A stretch of 63,024 nt of DNA, from contig JAXLNO010000709.1 in assembly GCA_038087875.1 (NCBI GenBank), positions 558,001 to 621,024 of the forward strand. Reading direction: 5' to 3'. A model generated the notes under the pieces. The model worked only from the letters and a program-made list of their open reading frames with translations, had not been told where the DNA came from and searched no databases. Shown here one piece after another: positions 24,582 through 39,500 of this stretch. The position numbers and the translations under genes are program-made. Numbering within the stretch: position 1 is the stretch's first letter; every line of letters begins with the position of its first letter. The DNA comes from Malacoraja senta (lineage: Eukaryota).

Positions 24582-27500
24582 AGCTTGTACCAGAAGCTGG
24601 AAAAACTCCAACAGAACCACTTTTATTGCCACTCAATCAATCGGCTGAAGGTGTGACGCAACGATCGGGCTCCAAGATTCACTTTATGCACATTCACTTT
24701 GATGTCAGAGAGGAGGAGGGTGGAATTATCGGCAGTGGAGAATCTGACTTTACCAAATTTCTCTTCCCGCAAGTTCCCACAGCGGCTCCAGTGCAGGATG
24801 CTCACCAATCGCTCAGCTTTATTAATGGGAAGACGCGGATAGAATTTGAGCCGCCTTATACCCGTGGTGAGGAAGCCAGGGGAGACCAAGTGGAAAGGGT
24901 ATCTCCCAGTATAAGTGCAATACCAGACATGGATGTTATAGAAAAAGATGACGAAAGCAAGGAGGACTTCTCAACGATTGAGAGTGGAACTGCTGAAAGT
25001 CAGGAACCAGGAATCTCCACTGAGAGATCAAAAACAGTTTCCAGTGTTAAAAGTCCATCTGAAAGACCCACGTTTACAGAAGAGCAGACGGGAATCCATT
25101 CTAGTGTCGCTGGAGAACATTGGGTCATCTCACCCAGCACGCAAGATGCTGCTTCATCCAGAGATGCTCAAAAGACACCCAAACAGATTTTCACCACAGA
25201 ATCAACGGAGGAAAAACCTCACCTCTTTGGGATTGTTACAACTGCGTCAGAAGACGTTACTTCACCAAAAACTGAAACAGTGACCAGGACTGAAGACATC
25301 ATTTCACACGAAACAATTGATAAAGAAACGGTTGAGGCTTCTGTTGAAGGGTTTGAGCCGGTTTCTACTACAATTCCAGGTGCCCCCCATAAAACAACTA
25401 CCAAACCAAGGGAGCCAGAACTATATCCAAGAACCTTTGAAAAAGATGTAAAACAGGAAACAGCAGCAACGATAGAAATGTACACAGAAACCTTGTCCAC
25501 ACCTGGACCTGATGAGAGTCGTGGTGGAGAAATGCTTAGTCCTTCACCGGTTACAAAGTTAGTTGTCCCTCCCAGTATTATTGTACCATCTGCAACTGAG
25601 GAAGGTCGAGCCACGATCCCAGAAAGAAAGCGAGAACAAACTAAAGCTGTCACAGAATCATATGATGGCAGTGAGGGCAAAACATCAAAACCAGAAGAAA
25701 GTACAGAGGAACTAAAACGTGAAGTAGGTTCTATTACACCAAGCAAATTATCAATAAGCAGAACTGAAATTGTAACCGACAAACCTGAATGGGACTCTTC
25801 TAAAGTAACAAAACCTGTGGAGGAGAAAATCCAAGACATCGAGAAAATTAAAGAAGCCACAAGCATAGCCACGCCATTTACAGAGTTAGGTTCAGGTGAA
25901 CCACTGAGTAAGGATACAGTTATTTTATCATTCACAGAGGTGCCCACAGTGATAGTTGAAAAGGAAACCTTACAGACATCTGTTTCAGTGACGACAAAAG
26001 CAGTGGACGAGAGAATTCCCGATGATGCCCTCACAACGACTTTTGATAAGCAAACTCACGCAGTTAGATCGCAAACACCATCAGTGATATCTGAGAGCAA
26101 AACCAGCCCTGATATAATGGATGTGGAATCAACTGTGAAACATCCAACAATTGAGGTATTGACAGTGAAATCTCCAGTCAAAGAAGTATCTTCTCATGAT
26201 TTTGAGAGTTCTGGTGCAGGAATGTTTACTGTCAGACCCACAGGGCAGTTCAGTCCTGATATTTCCACACTTGAGGGGAGCAGCCATGAGTCTCCAGTGA
26301 CCAGCAGAACATTATTGGATGAGGTAACCCTTCACAGTGCTGTTCCAGCAGCACACGATCAAGATACTGGAATAGCCACATCTGGATTACCTGAGGCACA
26401 CACCCAGAGGAAAGGTTTGCTAGTAACAGTCCACACAGTGGAAGACAAGTCTGCTGCTACAGTTGTGGTTAGCGACAAGGAAACCGGATATACATTTGAT
26501 TCAGTGACAAGAGAAATAGATGATGCTTCCACAGTAATTCAAGAAAAGTCAAAAGAATTCACGTCAGAAGGACCATCAGTCATCACTGAGCTCAAAACCA
26601 CCCCAGAGAAAAAGGTTACAGCATCAACGTTGAAACCTCCAGCAATTGGGGAAACCAGAACAATGGAAAAAGTTTCAGTCAAACCATCCCCTACTCCAGA
26701 AATTGTAAGTTCTCGTGAAAAAATGGTTACATCCAAACAAATGGTTCAATTTGGGGCTGACGATTCCACATTAGAAATGAGCTCTACACCTTTACCAGTG
26801 ACCAAGACAACATTAGTTGATGGGGCAGCTCTCCACAGTACAGCTGCAGTTACACGTGAGAGTGAGGAGGAATTTTCTGGTTCTGGTTTGCCGGAGGCAC
26901 ACACAGTGAGGGATGGTTTGCTGGTAAAAGTCCACACACAGCTGGCAGAAAAGTCTACATCAACAGTCATCGTTGATCACGAGGAAACCAGATATACATC
27001 AGTTTCAGTCACCAGTGAAGTAGAAGACGCAGCTCCTCATGATACTGTTAAACCTGTAATTGTAAAAACAACCCAAGAAACCTCATCGGGAGCACCATCA
27101 GTGATCACGGAGATCAAAGCAACACCAAAGAAAATGGTTACAGCCTCCACTATGAAGCCTCCATCAAGTGATGAATCAGGAATAACGGAGAAAGTTGCAG
27201 ATGAACTACCCCTTTCCCCAGATTTTGAGAGTTCCAGTGAAGGAATGTTTACTATCAGACCCACAGGCCGTTTTTTTCCTGATGTTTCCACACCAGAGGT
27301 AAGCCGCCATGAGTCTACAGTGACAAGCAGAACTTCATTGGATGGGGAGGTACTTCACAGTGCTGTTCCTGTAGCACCCGATCGAGAGACTGGAATACCT
27401 ACATCTGGATTAACTGAGGCACACACACGCACTGAAGGTTTCCAGGTGAAAGACCGCACGGAGATGGAAGACAAGTCTGCAGCAACAGTTGTGGATGGTG

Positions 27501-30500
27501 ATAAGGGAACCTATACGGTTGATTCAGTGACACAAAAAATGGATGAAGGGGATCACACTGTCACTGCTGCCCCTGTAATTAAAAAAAAGTTACCAGAATT
27601 CACATCAGAAGTACCATCAGTGATCACAGAGATCAAAACTACCCCAGAGAAAGTGGTTACAAAGTCAACAGTAAAGTCTCCTGCATCCATGGAATCGGGA
27701 ATAACAGCAAAAGTTTCAGTCAAACTAACTCCTTCTCCAGAATTTGAGAGTTCTGGTGAAGAGCTGATTACTTCTGGAGACGGAATGCTTACGACCAGAC
27801 ACACTGGCCGCTTTGAACCTGACGTCTCCACTTTAGAAATTAGGTCTACTCTTTCGCCAGTGTCCAGTAAAGCTTCAGTGGATGCGGAAGCTGCACACAG
27901 CACTGTCATATTTGCACATGAGAGGGCGGAGACACACACACCGAGGGACGGTTTGCTGGTAAAAGTCCGCACACAGACGACAAACGAGCCTGCTTCAACA
28001 GTTGTGGTTGGCGATAAGGAAACCAAATATACATCCCATTCAGCCAGCAGTGAAATAGAAGAGGGAATTCCCCAATACACTGTTACACCTGCAATTGCAA
28101 AAGTATCTCAAGAATCTTCATCAGAAGCACCATCAGTGACTGCTGAGATCAAAACCATTCCAGAGAAAGTGGTCGTGGAGTCAACTGTGAAACCTCCAAC
28201 AATTGATAGATCAGGAATAACGGAGAAAGTTTCAGACAAACTAATCCCGTCTCCAGATTTTGAGAGTTCTGGTGAAGGAATATTTACTATTAAATACACT
28301 GGCCGGTTTGATCCTGATGTTTCCTCACGAGAGGTGAGCAGGCACAAGTCTCCAGTGACCACCAGGACATCATTGGATGGGGAGGTATTTCAGAGTGTTG
28401 TACCAGCAACACCCGATGAAGAGACTGGATTACCCATATCTGGATTACCTGAGGCACACACCCAGAGAGAAGGTTTGATGGTAAAAGTCCACATAGATGA
28501 GGAAGATAAGTCTGCTGCTACAGTCGTGTTTGCTGATAAGGAAACCAGATATACATTTGATTCAGTGACAAGAAAAATGGATGCCGGAGAACGCCCTGTC
28601 ACTGCTACCCCAGTAATGAAAGAAAGGTCAGAAGAATTCACCTCAGAAACACCATCAATGATCACTAAGGTCAAAACCATCCCAGAGAAAGCAGTTACAG
28701 CAAGAACAGTGAAATCTCCAGCAACTGTGGAATCAGGAATAACAGAGAACGTTTCCGTCAAACTGCCTCCTCTAGAATTTGAGAGTTCTGGCGCAGAACT
28801 GATTACTTCCAAACAAGTTGTTCAATTTGGTCCTGATATTTCCATGATGGGAATGAGCTCTACATTTTTACCGGTGACTAGTAAAACTTTAATGGATGGG
28901 GAAGTTCCCTACAGCACAGTTCCAGTTGCTGGTGAGAGTGAGGAGCATTCTACTGCGTCGGGCTGGACAGAGGCAACAACAGAGAGGGACGTTGGTGTGC
29001 CGATGATAGGGTACACCCAGGTGACAGATGAGTCTGCTGCTTCAACAGTTGCGGATGGTGACAAGGTAACCAGATATGCATCAGCTTCAGTAACCAGTGA
29101 AGTAGAGGAGAGAGATCCCCATGATACCGTTACACCTGCAATTGAAAAAACATCTCAACAATCCTCATCAGAGGCACCGTCAGTCATCACTGAAATCAAA
29201 ACCACCCCAGAGAAAGTGGATATGGAGTCAACTGTGATACCTCCAGTAATTGAGGAATCTGGAATAACGGAGCGAGTTTCAGACAAACTAACGTCTTTTC
29301 CAGAGTTTGAGAGTTCTGGTGAAGGATTATTTAACATCAAACCCACTGGCCAGTTTCAACCTGGTGCATCCACATTAGAGGTGAGGGGCCAAGAAACTCC
29401 AGTGACCAGCAGAATATCTTTGGATGGGGAGGTACTTCACAGTACTGTTCCAGCAGCAACTGATCAAGAGACTGGAATAACAACATCTACATTACCTGAG
29501 GCACACACACATAGAGAAGGATTGATGGTAAAAGTCCTCATGCAGGCAACAGATGGGGCCGGTGAGAAAGAAACCAGGTATACATTTGATTCAGTGACAA
29601 AAGAACTAGTCGAAGGAGAACGCCCTGTCACTGCTACTCCATTAATGAAAACAAAGTTACAAGAAACCACATCAGAAGCATCATCAGTGATCACCGGCAT
29701 CAAAACCATCCCAGAGAAAGTGGTTACAGCAACAACTGTGAAATCTCCAGCTACTGTGGAAACGGAGATAACAGAGACAGTTTCAGTCAAACTACTTCCT
29801 TCTGTAGAATTTGAGAGTTCTGGTGAAGAGCTGATTACTTCCAAACAAATTGCACAATTTGGAACTGATATTTCCACCACAGAAATAAGCCCTACCCTTT
29901 TACCTGTCACCAGTAAAACTCTAGTTGATGCAAAAACTCCCCAGAGCACCGTGACAGTTATTCGTGAGAGTGAGGAGGACATTTCTGGGTCTGGCTCGTC
30001 GGAGATGCACACAGAGTGGGATGGTTTGCTGGTTAAAGTGCACACACAAACAACTGACAAGTCTGCATCTACTGTCGTGATTGGCGAGAAGGAAACCAGA
30101 TATGTGTTAGTTCCAGTCACCAGTGAAACAGAAGAGGTTTCTCCTCATGATACAGTTACACCAGTCATTGGAAAAGCCTCATCAGAAATACCATCAGTGA
30201 TCACTGAGATCGAAACCATCGCCGGGAAAGTGGTTATGGCGTCAACTGTGAAACCCTCTGCAATTTATGAATCGGGAATAACTGAGAAAGTTTCAGACAA
30301 ACTGCAGCCTTCTCCAGAATTTGAGAGTTCTGGTGAAGAAACATTGAGTATTGGACACACTGGCCGGGTTGAACCTGATGTTTCCACACTGGAGATGAGC
30401 AGCCAAGAAACTCCAGTGACAAGCAGAACTATATTGGATGAGGAAGCTCTTCACAGTGCTGTTCCAGCAGCAACTGACCAAGAGACTGGAATAACAACAT

Positions 30501-33500
30501 CTGGATTACCTGACACACACACACGCACTGATGGTTTGATGGTAAAAGTCCAGACACAGGTGGAAGACAGGTCTGCAGCAACAGATGTGGCCGGTGAGAA
30601 AGAAACCAGGTATACATTTGATTCAGTGACTAAAGGACTAGTCGAAGGAGAACGCCCTGTCACTGGTACTCCATTAATGAAAACAAAGTTACAAGAAACC
30701 ACATCAGAAGCATCATCAGTGATCACCGGCATCAAAACCATCCCAGAGAAAGTGGTTACAGCAACAACTGTGAAATCTCCAGCTACTGTGGAAACGGAGA
30801 TAACAGAGACAGTTTCAGTCAAACTACTTCCTTCTGTAGAATTTGAGAGTTCTGGTGAAGAGCTGATTACTTCCAAACAAATTGCACAATTTGGAACTGA
30901 TATTTCCACCACAGAAATAAGCTCTACCCTTTTACCTGTCACCAGTAAAACTCTAGTTGATGCAAAAACTCCCCAGAGCACCGTGACAGTTATTCGTGAG
31001 AGTGAGGAGGACATTTCTGGGTCTGGCTCGTCGGAGATACACACAGAGTGGGATGGTTTGCTGGTTAAAGTGCACACACAAACAACTGACAAGTCTGCAT
31101 CTACTGTCGTGATTGGCGAGAAGGAAACCAGATATGTGTTAGTTCCAGTCACCAGTGAAACAGAAGAGGTTTCTCCTCATGATACAGTTACACCAGTCAT
31201 TGGAAAAGCCTCATCAGAAATACCATCAGTGATCACTGAGATCGAAACCATCGCAGGGAAAGTGGTTATGGCGTCAACTGTGAAACCCTCTGCAATTTAT
31301 GAATCGGGAATAACTGAGAAAGTTTCAGACAAACTACAGCCTGCTCCAGAATTTGAGAGTTCTGGTGAAGAAACATTGAGTATTGGACACACTGGCCGGG
31401 TTGAACCTGATGTTTCCACACTGGAGATGAGCAGCCAAGAAACTCCAGTGACAAGCAGAACTATATTGGATGAGGAAGCTCTTCACAGTGCTGTTCCAGC
31501 AGCAACTGACCAAGAGACTGGAATAACAACATCTGGATTACCTGACACACACACACGCACTGATGGTTTGATGGTAAAAGTCCAGACACAGGTGGAAGAC
31601 AGGTCTGCAGCAACAGATGTGGCCGGTGAGAAAGAAACCAGGTATACATTTGATTCAGTGACTAAAGGACTAGTCGAAGGAGAACGCCCTGTCACTGGTA
31701 CTCCATTAATGAAAACAAAGTTACAAGAAACCACATCAGAAGCATCATCAGTGATCACCGGCATCAAAACCATCCCAGAGAAAGTGGTTACAGCAACAAC
31801 TGTGAAATCTCCAGCTACTGTGGAAACGGAGATAACAGAGACAGTTTCAGTCAAACTACTTCCTTCTGTAGAATTTGAGAGTTCTGGTGAAGAGCTGATT
31901 ACTTCCAAACAAATTGCACAATTTGGAACTGATATTTCCACCACAGAAATAAGCCCTACCCTTTTACCTGTCACCATTAAAACTCTAGTTGATGCAAAAA
32001 CTCCCCAGAGCACCGTGACAGTTATTCGTGAGAGTGAGGAGGACATTTCTGGGTCTGGCTCGTCGGAGATACACACAGAGTGGGATGGTTTGCTGGTTAA
32101 AGTGCACACACAAACAACTGACAAGTCTGCATCTACTGTCGTGATTGGCGAGAAGGAAACCAGATATGTGTTAGTTCCAGTCACCAGTGAAACAGAAGAG
32201 GTTTCTCCTCATGATACAGTTACACCAGTCATTGGAAAAGCCTCATCAGAAATACCATCAGTGATCACTGAGATCGAAACCATCGCAGGGAAAGTGGTTA
32301 TGGCGTCAACTGTGAAACCCTCTGCAATTTATGAATCAGGAATAACTGAGAAAGTTTCAGACAAACTGCAGCCTTCTCCAGAATTTGAGAGTTCTGGTGA
32401 AGAAACATTGAGTATTGGACACACTGGCCGGGTTGAACCTGATGTTTCCACACTGGAGATGAGCAGCCAAGAAACTCCAGTGACAAGCAGAACTATATTG
32501 GATGAGGAAGCTCTTCACAGTGCTGTTCCAGCAGCAACTGACCAAGAGACTGGAATAACAACATCTGGATTACCTGACACACACACACGCACTGATGGTT
32601 TGATGGTAAAAGTCCAGACACAGGTGGAAGACAGGTCTGCAGCAACAGATGTGGCCGGTGAGAAAGAAACCAGGTATACATTTGATTCAGTGACTAAAGG
32701 ACTAGTCGAAGGAGAACGCCCTGTCACTGGTACTCCATTAATGAAAACAAAGTTACAAGAAACCACATCAGAAGCATCATCAGTGATCACCGGCATCAAA
32801 ACCATCCCAGAGAAAGTGGTTACAGCAACAACTGTGAAATCTCCAGCTACTGTGGAAACGGAGATAACAGAGACAGTTTCAGTCAAACTACTTCCTTCTG
32901 TAGAATTTGAGAGTTCTGGTGAAGAGCTGATTACTTCCAAACAAATTGCACAATTTGGAATTGATATTTCCACCACAGAAATAAGCCCTACCCTTTTACC
33001 TGTCACCAGTAAAACTCTAACTCTAGTTGATGCAAAAACTCCCCAGAGCACCGTGACAGTTATTCGTGAGAGTGAGGAGGACATTTCTGGGTCTGGCTCG
33101 TCGGAGATACACACAGAGTGGGATGGTTTGCTGGTTAAAGTGCACACACAAACAACTGACAAGTCTGCATCTACTGTCGTGATTGGCGAGAAGGAAACCA
33201 GATATGTGTTAGTTCCAGTCACCAGTGAAACAGAAGAGGTTTCTCCTCATGATACAGTTACACCAGTCATTGGAAAAGCCTCATCAGAAATACCATCAGT
33301 GATCACTGAGATCGAAACCATCGCAGGGAAAGTGGTTATGGCGTCAACTGTGAAACCCTCTGCAATTTATGAATCGGGAATAACTGAGAAAGTTTCAGAC
33401 AAACTGCAGCCTTCTCCAGAATTTGAGAGTTCTGGTGAAGAAACATTGAGTATTGGACACACTGGCCGGGTTGAACCTGATGTTTCCACACTGGAGATGA

Positions 33501-36500
33501 GCAGCCAAGAAACTCCAGTGACAAGCAGAACTATATTGGATGAGGAAGCTCTTCACAGTGCTGTTCCAGCAGCAACTGACCAAGAGACTGGAATAACAAC
33601 ATCTGGATTACCTGACACACACACACGCACTGATGGTTTGATGGTAAAAGTCCAGACACAGGTGGAAGACAGGTCTGCAGCAACAGATGTGGCCGGTGAG
33701 AAAGAAACCAGGTATACATTTGATTCAGTGACTAAAGGACTAGTCGAAGGAGAACGCCCTGTCACTGGTACTCCATTAATGAAAACAAAGTTACAAGAAA
33801 CCACATCAGAAGCATCATCAGTGATCACCGGCATCAAAACCATCCCAGAGAAAGTGGTTACAGCAACAACTGTGAAATCTCCAGCTACTGTGGAAACGGA
33901 GATAACAGAGACAGTTTCAGTCAAACTACTTCCTTCTGTAGAATTTGAGAGTTCTGGTGAAGAGCTGATTACTTCCAAACAAATTGCACAATTTGGAACT
34001 GATATTTCCACCACAGAAATAAGCCCTACCCTTTTACCTGTCACCAGTAAAACTCTAGTTGATGCAAAAACTCCCCAGAGCACCGTGACAGTTATTCGTG
34101 AGAGTGAGGAGGACATTTCTGGGTCTGGCTCGTCGGAGATACACACAGAGTGGGATGGTTTGCTGGTTAAAGTGCACACACAAACAACTGACAAGTCTGC
34201 ATCTACTGTCGTGATTGGCGAGAAGGAAACCAGATATGTGTTAGTTCCAGTCACCAGTGAAACAGAAGAGGTTTCTCCTCATGATACAGTTACACCAGTC
34301 ATTGGAAAAGCCTCATCAGAAATACCATCAGTGATCACTGAGATAGAAACCATCGCAGGGAAAGTGGTTATGGCGTCAACTGTGAAACCCTCTGCAATTT
34401 ATGAATCAGGAATAACTGATAAAGTTTCAGACAAACTGCAGCCTTCTCCAGAATTTGAGAGTTCTGGTGAAGAAACATTGAGTATTGGACACACTGGCCG
34501 GGTTGAACCTGATGTTTCCACACTGGAGATGAGCAGCCAAGAAACTCCAGTGACAAGCAGAACTATATTGGATGAGGAAGCTCTTCACAGTGCTTTTCCA
34601 GCAGCAACTGACCAAGAGACTGGAATAACAACATCTGGATTACCTGACACACACACACGCACTGATGGTTTGATGGTAAAAGTCCAGACACAGGTGGAAG
34701 ACAGGTCTGCAGCAACAGATGTGGCCGGTGAGAAAGAAACCAGGTATACATTTGATTCAGTGACTAAAGGACTAGTCGAAGGAGAACGCCCTGTCACTGG
34801 TACTCCATTAATGAAAACAAAGTTACAAGAAACCACATCAGAAGCATCATCAGTGATCACCGGCATCAAAACCATCCCAGAGAAAGTGGTTACAGCAACA
34901 ACTGTGAAATCTCCAGCTACTGTGGAAACGGAGATAACAGAGACAGTTTCAGTCAAACTACTTCCTTCTGTAGAATTTGAGAGTTCTGGTGAAGAGCTGA
35001 TTACTTCCAAACAAATTGCACAATTTGGAACTGATATTTCCACCACAGAAATAAGCCCTACCCTTTTACCTGTCACCAGTAAAACTCTAGTTGATGCAAA
35101 AACTCCCCAGAGCACCGTGACAGTTATTCGTGAGAGTGAGGAGGACATTTCTGGGTCTGGCTCGTCGGAGATACACACAGAGTGGGATGGTTTGCTGGTT
35201 AAAGTGCACACACAAACAACTGACAAGTCTGCATCTACTGTCGTGATTGGCGAGAAGGAAACCAGATATGTGTTAGTTCCAGTCACCAGTGAAACAGAAG
35301 AGGTTTCTCCTCATGATACAGTTACACCAGTCATTGGAAAAGCCTCATCAGAAATACCATCAGTGATCACTGAGATAGAAACCATCGCAGGGAAAGTGGT
35401 TATGGCGTCAACTGTGAAACCCTCTGCAATTTATGAATCAGGAATAACTGATAAAGTTTCAGACAAACTGCAGCCTTCTCCAGAATTTGAGAGTTCTGGT
35501 GAAGAAACATTGAGTATTGGACACACTGGCCGGGTTGAACCTGATGTTTCCACACTGGAGATGAGCAGCCAAGAAACTCCAGTGACAAGCAGAACTATAT
35601 TGGATGAGGAAGCTCTTCACAGTGCTGTTCCAGCAGCAACTGACCAAGAGACTGGAATAACAACATCTGGATTACCTGACACACACACACGCACTGATGG
35701 TTTGATGGTAAAAGTCCAGACACAGGTGGAAGACAGGTCTGCAGCAACAGATGTGGCCGGTGAGAAAGAAACCTGGTATACATTTGATTCAGTGACAAAA
35801 GAACTAGTCGAAGGAGAACGCCCTGTCACTGCTACTCCATTAATGAAAACAAAGTTACAAGAAACCACATCAGAAGCATCATCAGTGATCACCGGCATCA
35901 AAACCATCCCAGAGAAAGTGGTTACAGCAACAACTGTGAAATCTCCAGCTACTGTGGAAACGGAGATAACAGAGAAAGTTTCAGTCAAACTACGTCCTTC
36001 GGTAGAATTTGAGAGTTCTGGTGAAGAGCTGATTACTTCCAAACAAATTGCACAATTTGGAACTGATATTTCCACCACAGAAATAAGCTCTACCCTTTTA
36101 CCTGTCACCAGTAAAACTCTAGTTGATGCAAAAACTCCCCAGAGCACCGTGACAGTTATTCGTGACAGTGAGGAGGAAATTTCTGGGTCTGGCTCGTCGG
36201 AGATACACACAGAGTGGGATGGTTTGCTGGTTAAAGTGCACACACAAACAACTGACATGTCTGCATCTACTGTCGTGATTGGCGAGAAGGAAACCAGATA
36301 TGTGTTAGTTCCAGTCACCAGCGAAACAGAAGAGGTTTCTCCTCATGATACAGTTACACTAGTCATTGGAAAAGCCTCATCGGAAATACCATCAGTGATC
36401 ACTGAGATCAAAACCATCGCAGGGAAAGTGGTTATGGCGTCAACTGTGAATCCCTCAGCAATTTATGAATCAGGAATAACTGAGAAAGTTTCAGACAAAC

Positions 36501-39500
36501 TGCAGCCTTCTCCAGAATTTGAGAGTTCTGGTGAAGAAACATTGAGTATTGGACACACTGGCCTTTTTGAAACTGATGGTTCCACACTGGAGATGAGCAG
36601 CCAAGAAACTCCAGTGACAAGCAGAACTATATTGGATGAGGAAGCTCTTCACAGTGCTGTTCCAGCAGCAACTGACCAAGAGACTGGAATAACAACATCT
36701 GGATTACCTGACACACACACACGCACTGATGGTTTGATGGTAAAAGTCCAGACACAGGTGGAAGACAGGTCTGCAGCAACAGATGTGGCCGGTGAGAAAG
36801 AAACCAGGTATACATTTGATTCAGTGACTAAAGGACTAGTCGAAGGAGAACGCCCTGTCACTGGTACTCCATTAATGAAAACAAAGTTACAAGAAACCAC
36901 ATCAGAAGCATCATCAGTGATCACCGGCATCAAAACCATCCCAGAGAAAGTGGTTACAGCAACAACTGTGAAATCTCCAGCTACTGTGGAAACGGAGATA
37001 ACAGAGACAGTTTCAGTCAAACTACTTCCTTCTGTAGAATTTGAGAGTTCTGGTGAAGAGCTGATTACTTCCAAACAAATTGCACAATTTGGAACTGATA
37101 TTTCCACCACAGAAATAAGCTCTACCCTTTTACCTGTCACCAGTAAAACTCTAGTTGATGCAAAAACTCCCCAGAGCACCGTGACAGTTATTCGTGAGAG
37201 TGAGGAGGACATTTCTGGGTCTGGCTCGTCGGAGATACACGCAGAGTGGGATGGTTTGCTGGTTAAAGTGCACACACAAACAACTGACAAGTCTGCATCT
37301 ACTGTCGTGATTGGCGAGAAGGAAACCAGATATGTGTTAGTTCCAGTCACCAGTGAAACAGAAGAGGTTTCTCCTCATGATACAGTTACACCAGTCATTG
37401 GAAAAGCCTCATCAGAAATACCATCAGTGATCACTGAGATCGAAACCATCGCAGGGAAAGTGGTTATGGCGTCAACTGTGAAACCCTCTGCAATTTATGT
37501 ATCAGGAATAACTGAGAAAGTTTCAGACAAACTGCAGCCTTCTCCAGAATTTGAGAGTTCTGGTGAAGAAACATTGAGTATTGGACACACTGGCCGGGTT
37601 GAACCTGATGTTTCCACACTGGAGATGAGCAGCCAAGAAACTCCAGTGACAAGCAGAACTATATTGGATGAGGAAGCTCTTCACAGTGCTGTTCCAGCAG
37701 CAACTGACCAAGAGACTGGAATAACAACATCTGGATTACCTGACACACACACACGCACTGATGGTTTGATGGTAAAAGTCCAGACACAGGTGGAAGACAG
37801 GTCTGCAGCAACAGATGTGGCAGGTGAGAAAGAAACCAGGTATACATTTGATTCAGTGACAAAAGAACTAGTCGAAGGAGAACGCCCTGTCACTGCTACT
37901 CCATTAATGAAAACAAAGTTACAAGAAACCACATCAGAAGCATCATCAGTGATCACCGGCATCAAAACCATCCCAGAGAAAGTGGTTACAGCAACAACTG
38001 GGAAATCTCCAGCTACTGTGGAAACGGAGATAACAGAGAAAGTTTCAGTCAAACTACGTCCTTCGGTAGAATTTGAGAGTTCTGGTGAAGAGCTGATTAC
38101 TTCCAAACAAATTGCACAATTTGGAACTGATATTTCCACCACAGAAATAAGCTCTACCCTTTTACCTGTCACCAGTAAAACTCTAGTTGATGCAAAAACT
38201 CCCCAGAGCACCGTGACAGTTAATCGTGACAGTGAGGAGGAAATTTCTGGGTCTGGCTCGTCGGAGATACACACAGAGTGGGATGGTTTGCTGGTTAAAG
38301 TGCACACACAAACAACTGACATGTATGCATCTACTGTCGTGATTGGCGAGAAGGAAACCAGATATGTGTTAGTTCCAGTCACCAGCGAAACAGAAGAGGT
38401 TTCTCCTCATGATACAGTTACACCAGTCATTGGAAAAGCCTCATCGGAAATACCATCAGTGATCACTGAGATCAAAACCATCGCAGGGAAAGTGGTTATG
38501 GCGTCAACTGTGAATCCCTCAGCAATTTATGAATCAGGAATAACTGAGAAAGTTTCAGACAAACTGCAGCCTTCTCCAGAATTTGAGAGTTCTAGTGAAG
38601 AAACATTGAGTATTGGACACACTGGCCTTTTTGAAACTGATGGTTCCACACTGGAGATGAGCAGCCAAGAAACTCCAGTGACAAGCAGAACTATATTGGA
38701 TGAGGAAGCTCTTCACAGTGCTGTTCCAGCAGCAACTGACCAAGAGACTGGAATAACAACATCTGGATTACCTGACACACACACACGCACTGATGGTTTG
38801 ATGGTAAAAGTCCAGACACAGGTGGAAGACAGGTCTGCAGCAACAGATGTGGCCGGTGAGAAAGAAACCAGGTATACATTTGATTCAGTGACTAAAGAAC
38901 TAGTCGAAGGAGAACGCCCTGTCACTGGTACTCCATTAATGAAAACAAAGTTACAAGAAACCACATCAGAAGCATCATCAGTGATCACCGGCATCAAAAC
39001 CATCCCAGAGAAAGTGGTTACAGCAACAACTGTGAAATCTCCAGCTACTGTGGAAACGGAGATAACAGAGACAGTTTCAGTCAAACTACTTCCTTCTGTA
39101 GAATTTGAGAGTTCTGGTGAAGAGCTGATTACTTCCAAACAAATTGCACAATTTGGAACTGATATTTCCACCACAGAAATAAGCCCTACCCTTTTACCTG
39201 TCACCAGTAAAACTCTAGTTGATGCAAAAACTCCCCAGAGCACCGTGACAGTTATTCGTGAGAGTGAGGAGGACATTTCTGGGTCTCGCTCGTCGGAGAT
39301 ACACACAGAGTGGGATGGTTTGCTGGTTAAAGTGCACACACAAACAACTGACAAGTCTGCATCTACTGTCGTGATTGGCGAGAAGGAAACCAGATATGTG
39401 TTAGTTCCAGTCACCAGTGAAACAGAAGAGGTTTCTCCTCATGATACAGTTACACCAGTCATTGGAAAAGCCTCATCAGAAATACCATCAGTGATCACTG

